A DNA stretch of 63,445 bases, filler included, from Octopus bimaculoides (Eukaryota): the NCBI RefSeq assembly GCF_001194135.2. It is 5 parts of 4 records of this genome, joined end to end, with 100 filler letters (N's around TTAATTAATTAA, not from the genome) between each part and the next. Parts side by side here need not be neighbours in the genome. Positions count along the whole stretch, not along the records: positions 45,174 to 59,777 come from NC_068983.1; positions 59,878 to 62,222 come from NC_068993.1; positions 62,323 to 63,445 come from NC_068984.1; 2 more parts are not named here. The stretch is one strand, 5' to 3'. Both the position numbers and the translations under genes were made by a program. Below are positions 53,640 to 63,445 of the stretch, piece by piece. The notes under the pieces are model-generated. The model was not told where the DNA came from and did not search any database. It was given only the letters and a program-made list of their open reading frames with translations. Numbering within the stretch: the first letter of the stretch is position 1; every line of letters starts with the position of its first letter.

Positions 53640-54527
53640 TGTTGTGCGTATGTCAAGAAGTTTGCTTCCCGACCATATGGTTCTGGGACTAGTCCCACTG
53701 CGTGGCACCTTGCCTGAGTGTCTTCGACTATAGCTTCGGGCCGACCAAAGCCTTGTGAGTAGATTTGGTAGACGGAAACTGAAAGAAGCCTATCATATAT
53801 ATANNNNNNNNNNNNNNNNNNNNNNNNNNNNNNNNNNNNNNNNNNNNNNNNNNNNNNNNNNNNNNNNNNNNNNNNNNNNNNNNNNNNNNNNNNNNNNNNN
53901 NNNNNNNNNNNNNNNNNNNNNNNNNNNNNNNNNNNNNNNNNNNNNNNNNNNNNNNNNNNNNNNNNNNNNNNNNNNNNNNNNNNNNNNNNNNNNNNNNNNN
54001 NNNNNNNNNNNNNNNNNNNNNNNNNNNNNNNNNNNNNNNNNNNNNNNNNNNNNNNNNNNNNNNNNNNNNNNNNNNNNNNNNNNNNNNNNNNNNNNNNNNN
54101 NNNNNNNNNNNNNNNNNNNNNNNNNNNNNNNNNNNNNNNNNNNNNNNNNNNNNNNNNNNNNNNNNNNNNNNNNNNNNNNNNNNNNNNNNNNNNNNNNNNN
54201 NNNNNNNNNNNNNNNNNNNNNNNNNNNNNNNNNNNNNNNNNNNNNNNNNNNNNNNNNNNNNNNNNNNNNNNNNNNNNNNNNNNNNNNNNNNNNNNNNNNN
54301 NNNNNNNNNNNNNNNNNNNNNNNNNNNNNNNNNNNNNNNNNNNNNNNNNNNNNNNNNNNNNNNNNNNNNNNNNNNNNNNNNNNNNNNNNNNNNNNNNNNN
54401 NNNNNNNNNNNNNNNNNNNNNNNNNNNNNNNNNNNNNNNNNNNNNNNNNNNNNNNNNNNNNNNNNNNNNNNNNNNNNNNNNNNNNNNNNNNNNNNNNNNN
54501 NNNNNNNNATATGTACATGTACACACA

Positions 54528-54569
<42 letters not shown>

Positions 54570-54690
54570 TATGTGTGTTTCTGTGTCTGTGCTTGTCCCT
54601 CCCCCATTACCGCCTGACAACAGGTTTTGGTATGTTTACGTCCCCGTAACATAGCGGTTCGAAAAAAGTATCCGATAGAATAAAGCAATA
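53640..54690 (+). mobile_element. SINE-A whose internal microsatellite spans an N-gap
   Basis: Head at ~53640-53795, body resumes at ~54570. Confidence 0.8.
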
Positions 54691-54789
54691 AAACAATGTC
54701 TATAGCTCTGTCAATGTAACAATGCATTTGCATACATGTAAAGGAAATAATTATTATGATGATGACTGTTGAATCGATAGAACCCTTAA

Positions 54790-54980
54790 TGAGTCGGACT
54801 AAATACTTAGCGGCATTTCTCTGGGCCATTTACGTTCTGAGTTCAAATTTCATCGAGATCGACTTTGCCTTTCATACTTTAGAGGTTGCTAAAGTAAATA
54901 CCAGTTGAGCACTGGAGTCGATGTAATCGACTTCCACCCTCGTCTAAAATTACTGACCTTGTGTCAAAATACGAAACCAC
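54790..54980 (+). mobile_element. SINE-B
   Basis: TTACGTTCTGAGTTCAAATT...GACTTTGCCTTTCAT...GTCGATGTAATCGAC. Confidence 0.8.
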
Positions 54981-55348
54981 TAAAATGATGATGATGATGA
55001 TGATAAACATAAATAGATAAGCAGATACATACATATATAGACTATCCCATAAAGAGATAGATAAGTAGAAAACTGCATATATTTTGTTGAAGAACGGTAC
55101 AGAATTCTCTTCCGATGTTCACGTACTTTCGTTAATGCTACAGTGCAAATATTATATGAAAGTGTCGCTAAATAGGTAGATATAAATCTCATGTCTTAGA
55201 TACATGTTAAGGTGAGGTGTTGAATCACCTATCTTGTTAGCAATCAGAGACTCTAGCGGCCTCTTTGCGTTTATCGCTTCATCTTTTGATATGGCTTTCT
55301 TGAGCTGTGTTTAAAATGCGTCAACGCGTAATATTTGAAGTGTCAGGT

Positions 55349-55423
<75 letters not shown>

Positions 55424-55631
55424 TGCGTGCTTGCTTGCGTTTTTATGTCTCTACGTGTAAATGTCTGCGCTTGCGTGTCTCAGTCTGTACGTGTAAATGT
55501 GTGTTTCCATACATCGATGTGTGCGTTTCATCTATGCATACAAGAATATTGTTTAAACCCGCATAGCCACATAGAAGTACAAACTTACTCAGACGTATAT
55601 GCACGCACACCATAAGCGTGCATGCTGTCTG

Positions 55632-55691
<60 letters not shown>

Positions 55692-56006
55692 ACTTTCTAC
55701 CTATCGATGAAAATGAGTTTGTATGTTTGTATGTGTATTACACACACACACACACACACATTTACATACACACACACTTACACACACACACACACTTACA
55801 CACACACACACTTACACACACACACTTACACACACACACACTTACACACATCTCTCTCTATATATGGGTTTGAATTGAACATATGAAAACACACGCATAC
55901 TCGAACATTTAATTATATGTATGTATATATATTTATGCATCACATATGTATCTCAACGTGTATTCACACACACAACACACACTTATGTGTGTGTTTATAT
56001 ATATAC

Positions 56007-56037
<31 letters not shown>

Positions 56038-56060
56038 CATACATACGCATATACACATGT

Positions 56061-56139
<79 letters not shown>

Positions 56140-56249
56140 GAGTGAGAGAGAGACAAAGGGAGGAAGAGAGTAAATATTTTAAACATTTATGCCAATGCAT
56201 TTGGCGAAAGATTTAATTAAATTAGAACAAATATTATACTTTTACCTTA

Positions 56250-57430
56250 AAACATTTAATAATCCAATACTTCGAAAGAAGATACTCATTTTCTAAGAGT
56301 GATGATAAGAGAAAATTGCAGTCCAGGTTCTTCGAAGTGTGAAGTCTGTATAGGGTAGAAAAACCACGTGTTGTTGAAGTGTGCAAGAAGGTTGGGTTTC
56401 GAATTGTGTTACATAGTATAGATCTTTGAATTCATCTATAGACTGAATATTGAGTTTCATCCGCTTCTTGTCTGTTGTTAGTGGTTGGATGTGTTCTCAA
56501 ATGAGGGTAACTTCTTTGATCAGTATGTTCCTGACATTTTGGTCTCGGATTGTGATTGCTGACTTGATATTCAGATTTCGGTATTTTTCTAAGTGTTAGT
56601 TGACTGATGAAGTACCCCTCATGGCTGTGTCCATTGATTCGGATGTGCAACACAGCTACATCATGCTACCAATGCAGCCTTCTCTGTATTTGTTAAACTT
56701 TTCTATGGGCGATATAAGCTCACAATCGTATGCTGTAGCGTAGCTGGCGGCGGTGTCGAAGGGAGGTGTATCTCAGGCGGCACTTTATGGGACAGCATTT
56801 TGGATGTGTTGCATAAGCCTGTATAGGCTTTGGAGCCAGTGAGAAGATAACAAACACGACGGTTGCTCAAGATGGTATACACTCAAGTTAAGCTGTAGAT
56901 ATATACCGGTGCTGCGGATGAGGAAGTTCACGCACGCACATAGTTTGTTAGCAATTGAAAGGCGTCTTTTCACAGGTCTTTCCCTAAATACACCCTTCTC
57001 ACAGTACCAAAAACGGACTATATAGGGAAAAAGGACATGAGTGAAAATATATATTGTCAGGGGAAATTGGCCCTGAAACTGAGCTTTTCCAAGGAGTACT
57101 GGAAGCTCCCTGCTACTCAACATCCTTTACCAGTAGGGCTCGAAGCTCCCACGATCGAACAACTTTTTCAGAGTCTGTTTCCCGAAGTTGCCATACTCCA
57201 GCAACATAACAACTGCTCCAATACACAAGGCTATCTATAGGGGTGGGAGCTTGATGTATAGTTGACCCTGTCCTTAAAGAAATGCTAACTGAAGAGAAAA
57301 ATTCACCTTCTATGCCTACAACATATAAGAATATTACGAACACTTTGACTAACCTAGACACATTCTCACCGGTCCCCAGTACAATACATACATACTCTTC
57401 ATCCACATATAGTCTTTACACTCTTCTTTG
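56250..57430 (-). mobile_element. Decayed Penelope-like element (RT C-terminus and GIY-YIG)
   Basis: RLYVDE (YVDD-like), TIHQAPTPIDSLVYWSS (VYRKPT.T-like), CIG...LHIRINGH...IKEVTLI.EHIQPL across frameshifts. Confidence 0.65.
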
Positions 57431-57837
57431 AAAATAGATTCCTGACAAAAATTCTTGTCTTACCATAAGCAAGAAAATTTGTGACTCTAATTCAAAATTA
57501 AACAAAATGTGTTTTTACTGAGCCATAGAGACTAGAAATAGTAAGAACCGGAATGCTTTCACTTATTTCTGTCAATATTTGAAAAAAGAAAAGGGGCATT
57601 TTAATTCGAAATATTTACTTATTGAATGTCTTCAGGTAAAAGTCTAATCATTCTTCATTCACACATTGCATCGCCATGAATGTCTTTTAAGTTGAGTAGA
57701 GTATTCCATATTACGTATGTATACGCGTGTGAGCGTATATACGTAGATACATACACATATATATATGCGTATGTATGAATGTATATATATCTATATATAT
57801 GTGTGTGTGTATGTATGTATATGCATATATGTAAATG

Positions 57838-57872
<35 letters not shown>

Positions 57873-57971
57873 GTATGTATATGCGTATGCGCATGTATAG
57901 ATATATGTATGTATATATTTATATATACATGTATAAGTATATGCATGTATGTATGCGTGCTTATGTGTTTA

Positions 57972-58013
<42 letters not shown>

Positions 58014-58269
58014 CATACGTACATACAAATATATATACTTGCATATACAGACACATACATGCATATGTGTGTGTATATATATGTAAATAAATACATGCCT
58101 ATTTAAATGTGTCTGCCTATGAGTGATTGAAGTGTTATTTGTAAGTTTGTTACTAAGTTTAAATATAAAAAACTGAGTGAACACATTTTAGCAAGAAAAT
58201 TAGAAAATTCTGTTTTTTTTGTTTCTAATATAATTTGATTAGACTTCAGGGTATCAATTGCCACTTCCA

Positions 58270-58356
58270 AACCAGCATCGTCTTGTCGTCGTTGTCGTCG
58301 TCGTCGTCGTCATTGCCGTTGTCGTCGTCGTTATCATCATCACCATGATCATCATC

Positions 58357-58388
<32 letters not shown>

Positions 58389-58503
58389 AATCACAACAGC
58401 AGTGAGGCGTCGGCTGCGCTGGTAGTGATGTTGTTTTTAGTAGTAGTAGTAGTAGCAGTTGTAGTGGTGAAGGTGGTGGTACTAGTAGTGCTAGTGAAGG
58501 TGG

Positions 58504-58548
<45 letters not shown>

Positions 58549-58675
58549 TATTATTATTATTATTATTAGTAGTAGTAGTAGTAGTAGTAGTAGTTGTTGT
58601 AGTAGTAGTAGTAGTANNNNNNNNNNATTATTATTATTATTATTAGTAGTAGTAGTAGTAGTAGTAGTAGTTGTT

Positions 58676-58724
<49 letters not shown>

Positions 58725-58745
58725 CGATGGTGGTGGTGGTAACAT
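58270..58745. repeat. Compound trinucleotide microsatellite (GTC/ATC/AGT/AAT/ATT)
   Basis: Directly visible. Confidence 0.9.
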
Positions 58746-59064
58746 CAGGAGCCTTATCTCTAACAGTGACCACTACCACGGCACTTTGACAAGCATATCC
58801 ACCTTTTCCTCTTCGATGAGAAGGAAAAGCGCAACTTAACATCAAAAGAATAACTTCGTTCATACGTACCTGTAGAGAAAACATTGCAGAAGTGCAGTTA
58901 TGGGGATAAAAGTTTCACCGAGGTTTTGTTCTTTGTGAATGTAGGGCTTGTGTAGGCAATTAGTAGGCTCTGACTTGCAAATGAACTACTGTCATTGAGG
59001 TATTTTCTTTTGGCCTATGATCATTTATCGTTAAGTGTTTTGTTTTTGTTTATATTTTCCTTGT

Positions 59065-59270
59065 TTTAGTCATCGGACTGCGACCATCCTGGGGCACCGC
59101 CTTGAAATGTTTTTAGTCGAACAAATCGACGCTAGTACTTATTTCTTTTGAAAAGTACTACACGGTTACTCCAACCAAATCGCAAGGTTACAGACACTTA
59201 AACAAACCAGCACCGGTTTCCAGCGGTGGTGTGGAGACAAACACAGGCATAGACACACACACATACACAC
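59065..59270 (-). mobile_element. SINE-A 3' part
   Basis: CAGTCAT..GACTGCG.CCATCCTGG.GCACCGCCTT tail and body. Confidence 0.75.
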
Positions 59271-59821
59271 ATATATATATATATATATATATAAAATATA
59301 TAAATATATAAAATATATACATATATACATAGAATAATACATATATACATATAAAATATATACATACAATATAATATATGTGAGCACCTACATCGCTAAA
59401 AATAGAAGTCAAAAATACTTCTATGCTACAGAATAGTCAAAATCTACTACAGGCATGGTAGGAAAAAATTCCAGTGGACATTAAAAACGTCTTACCTCTG
59501 CTAGGTCAGCACAAGCTGGTCAACTAGGTACCGGTTTCAAAATCAGCGCCTAATGGGTGCCTACTTCTCTTCAGCCAAATTTGACAGCTAACTACTACTA
59601 AAATTTTTCCCCACCATGCCCGCAAAAAATTACTTTGAAGTGACCAAACACTATTTAAACAAACGAAATGCGTGAAACTAATTATAAATATAAGAAGGGA
59701 TGGTATTATTAAAATAACATCACGAGTGGCGAGCGAGTTATCAGCCGTACAGGCAAATTAATAATAATAATATATGTNNNNNNNNNNNNNNNNNNNNNNN
59801 NNNNNNNNNNNNNNNNNNNNN

Positions 59822-59833
59822 TTAATTAATTAA
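59822..59833. other. Artificial scaffolding spacer
   Basis: 44N-TTAATTAATTAA-44N. Confidence 0.95.
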
Positions 59834-59910
59834 NNNNNNNNNNNNNNNNNNNNNNNNNNNNNNNNNNNNNNNNNNNNTATATATATATATATATATATAT
59901 GTATATACAT

Positions 59911-60260
59911 GCAGGATTGGCTGTGTGGTAAGGAGCTTGCTTACCAACCACATGGATCAGGGTTCAGTCCCACTGCATGATACCTTGGGCAAGTGTCTTC
60001 TACTATAGCCTCATGCCAACCAAAGCTTGTGAGTGGATTTTGTAGAGGGAAACTGAAAGAAGCATGTTGTATATATGTATACGTATATATGCGTATTTGT
60101 GTGTCTGTGTTTGTACCCCCCCCCCCCCAACATTGCTTCACAATCAATGCTGGCGTGTTTACGTCCCCATAACATAGTGGTTCGGCAAAAGAAACCAATA
60201 GGCTTCCAAAAAATAAGTCCTGGGATCGATTTGCTCGACTAAAGGTGGTGCTCCAGCATG
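59911..60260 (+). mobile_element. Near full-length SINE-A
   Basis: TGGCTGTGTGGTAAG A-box, GGTTCAGTCCC B-box, CTTGGGCAAGTGTCTTC core. Confidence 0.88.
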
Positions 60261-62160
60261 GTGGTGTTGGTGGTGGTGATGGTGGTGGTGATGGTAGTGG
60301 TTTTGCTGCTACTGATGATGATGATGATGATGATGTTATTTCTGCTGTTGATGATTAGAATGAATAGGGTGATGATGGTGGCGGTAGTGGTGGTGATGAC
60401 GATATTGATAATGGTGGTGATGGTGACGATGATGATGCCAGGTGATGGTCGTTTCTGCTGTTGGCATGTGAGGGTGGAGATGGCAGTGTTAGTGGTGGCC
60501 GTCTAGTAATGGTGTTGGTGACAGCCACCCCAGAAATAAATAAAAACAAAAACAAAAACATTCTTCTGATGTTTTTCCAGTGGTGACAAGTCAAGTGTGA
60601 AGGTGGTGGTCGTGGATGGGAAGGGGGTCACTATTTAATACAACAACCGACGACAACAACAAAAACAACAAGTGGGGCTGAAATAAGGGAAACGAATTAT
60701 GTTCCGTGTGAGAAAGTATTTAGGGGTTAACATGAGGGTAGGTTTTAGGGAGGTTATAGAAACTGATGACCTTAACAGAATCAAAGCAAACTGGAGCATT
60801 AGGAAGATTTCGGAAAATGGTTCTCAAAGATTTATTTATTCCAATGGAAATGGTTTAAGAAGAATTTATCAAATGTTTATCGGGGAAGATGTCGTTTGTT
60901 TGCGGAATTATTTCAACACATCTCTTTGCTGTTATCGTTGTTGTTGTTGTTGCTGTTGTTGATGATGTTGTTGTTGATGTTGTTGTTGTCATCTTTGTTG
61001 TAGTTGATGATGTAGTTGTTGTTGTGGTCATTTTTGCTGTAGTTGTTGTTGCTGTTGTTGTTGTAGTTGTTGATGTTGTTGTTGTTATTGTCTCTTTTAC
61101 TCTTTTACTTGTTTCAGTCATTTGACTGCGGCCATGCTGGAGCACCGCCTTTAGTCGAGAAAATCGACCCCAGGACTTATTCTTTGGAAGCCTAGTACTT
61201 ATTCTATCGGTCTCTTTTTGCCGAACCGCTAAGTTACGGGGACGTAAACACACCAGGATCGGTTGTCAAGCGATGTTGGGGGACAAACACACACACATAT
61301 ATATATAAACATATATATGACGGGCTTCTTTCAGTTTCCATCTACCATAGCTATACCGAGGCTATAGTAGAAGACACTTGCCCAAGGTGCCACGCAGTGG
61401 GACTGAACCCAGAACCATGTGGCTGGTAAGCAAGCTACTTACCACACAGCCAATCCTGAGCATATTGTCTGTTGATATTGTTGATGTTGATATTGTTTAT
61501 GTTGTTATTCTTGTTGTTCCTGTTGTCGTCGTCTTTGTTGATGTTGTTGTAGTTGTTGTTGTCACCGTCATTGCTGTAGCCGTTGATGTTGTTGTTGATA
61601 TTGGTGTGGTGGTGGTGGTGGTTATTGTTATTGTTGTTGTTGTTGTTGCTGTTAGAGAAATGCTGTTTATGCTTCAGATGAGTAACTGAACATTGTGGAT
61701 GTGTTGATAAAAGAATGTGGTGGTGGTGGTGGTGGTGGTGGCGGCGATGAGGGTGGAGGTGAGGGTTCATGCGGTGGTGGCCATGGTGATGGTGGTAGAT
61801 GTGAGAGTGATGGTGTGGTTTGTGGTAATAGTAATGATATTAGTTTTAACAGTAATGATGGTTGTAATGGTGATGGTGGTGTGGGGGGAGGTTAATGTGG
61901 GAGATAATGTTGATGCCGATGATAGGGTGGTGGTATGGTGGTGGTGGTGGTGGTAGTGATGGTGGTAGTGGTAGCAGAGAAGCTGGTAGTGACAATAGTA
62001 TCCATGATGATAGTAGTAGTAGTAGTAGTAACGGTGGCAGTGGTGGTGGTAAAGACATTGCTGTGCTGATGTAGGTAACAGTGATGTAGGGATCAACAGG
62101 TGGCTGTGGTAATAGTTGTATAGTGGTTGGTTAGTTGTTGTAGTTGGTGTTGTTTATTTT
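60260..62160. repeat. Degenerate (GGT/GAT/GTT/AGT)n low-complexity region with an embedded SINE
   Basis: Directly visible; source of the poly-V/T/H pseudo-ORFs. Confidence 0.85.
61090..61452 (-). mobile_element. Near full-length SINE-A
   Basis: Close match to 36552-36990. Confidence 0.88.
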
Positions 62161-62165
62161 ATTTT

Positions 62166-62222
<57 letters not shown>

Positions 62223-62266
62223 NNNNNNNNNNNNNNNNNNNNNNNNNNNNNNNNNNNNNNNNNNNN

Positions 62267-62278
62267 TTAATTAATTAA
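62267..62278. other. Artificial scaffolding spacer
   Basis: 44N-TTAATTAATTAA-44N. Confidence 0.95.
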
Positions 62279-62343
62279 NNNNNNNNNNNNNNNNNNNNNN
62301 NNNNNNNNNNNNNNNNNNNNNNTATATATGTATGTATGTGTGT

Positions 62344-62402
<59 letters not shown>

Positions 62403-62739
62403 CATGTGTACGCATGGATTGATGGATGTAATTGCCTGTACCTTGCCTCTTATCTTGGAAAGGGACATTGAATTAAGAGCCCGGTCGTTAATATTGTTAT
62501 TCTAAGACTCCGCAACGCCGTAAAACCTGGATCCTGATTGACAGGAGACAACTTGTGCAATGACCTCTCTTATTAGCCACTGCTATGGTAATATTACGGT
62601 GAAGGTAAGACCACAATGGTGGTGGTGGTGCTGTTTCTAATGATGGTGGTAGTATGGTTGTTGTAGTGCTGGTAGAGCTAGTAGTAGCGATGGAGGTGGT
62701 AGCAGTGGTAGTAATGTTACATCAGTGATAACGATGACG

Positions 62740-63165
62740 GCGGACGCAGACCTGAACGAGTGGTAAAGAAGAGTGCTTCTCAACCGCGAGATCTACGATT
62801 CGATCCTACTTTGTGGCATTATGGGGCAGATCACAACGTAGTATTATCCCAAGAGCTCTGTATAATACAGAGTAAACAGAAACTGTGTGGAAGCTTTTCA
62901 TATTCAAAGGAAACTGAAAGAAGCCTGTCATATGCGTGTGCCTGTGTGTCTTTGTGTCTGTGTTTGTCAACTTCCACTGCTTGACAACAAGTATTGGTGT
63001 ATTTACATCCCAGTAACTTAGCGGGTAGACAAAAGAGAACGATAGAATAAGTAAAAAATAAAAATAAGTCCTAGGATCGATTCATTTAACTAAAAATTCT
63101 TCAAAGCAGTGCTCCAGCATGGCCACAGTCTAATGACTGAAACAAGTGAAAGATAAAAGATAAAT
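62740..63165 (+). mobile_element. Diverged SINE-A
   Basis: Decayed head, GGAAACTGAAAGAAGCC core, tail GCTCCAGCATGGCC.CAGTC.AATGACTGAAACAAG. Confidence 0.8.
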
Positions 63166-63445
63166 ACACGTGTCTTTGGAATACTCAGTTACTTGTGTAG
63201 CCATTAATTTAACGAGTGGCTATATTTGACCTCAAGGCTAAATGATCATCGTCGAAACCAACGGAGACTCCATCATCACACTGTCTTGTCTTCTTCTGAA
63301 CCGGTTAGCTGAGTTCCCTTCCCATCCTTGAGTCACTGAGTGTCACTTCCCACTCACACATTCCCCCAGTCTCCGCTTCCTAGAACGACAATTTTTCTAG
63401 AATCATCTCCAGATGTATTCAAGATATATTAAATCCTCTCTACCC

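Noticed and set aside
58246-58884. 212-aa ORF with a strong - strand acceptor at ~58870
   Set aside because: Mostly trinucleotide repeats; no domain or donor.

Overview
AT-rich, gap-riddled eukaryotic (not prokaryotic) genomic DNA. The SINE families, microsatellite load and TE mix point to an octopus genome (inference from recalled repeat families, not a search). Almost all supplied ORFs are artefacts of microsatellites, N-gaps or decayed transposons. TE remnants recognised by manual translation: several R4/Dong-like RLE LINEs tied to (TAA)n, Tx1/L1-like, RTE and Penelope-like retroelements, two hAT, two Helitron, pogo/Tigger and mariner pieces, MITEs, and many copies of two tRNA-derived SINE families. 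The one convincing host-gene signal is absent from the ORF track: two phase-compatible + strand exons (41253-41397, 43088-43215) splice into a complete 8-cysteine WSC domain, with a probable 30-nt micro-exon upstream (39117-39146). The rest of that gene is unresolved. Four artificial 44N-TTAATTAATTAA-44N spacers split the window into pieces whose adjacency is uncertain. I found no well-supported novel multi-gene system. The best leads are the WSC gene, a mariner derivative built from two inverted left ends, a dense SINE cluster with inverted pairs, and a degenerate hammerhead-like fold.
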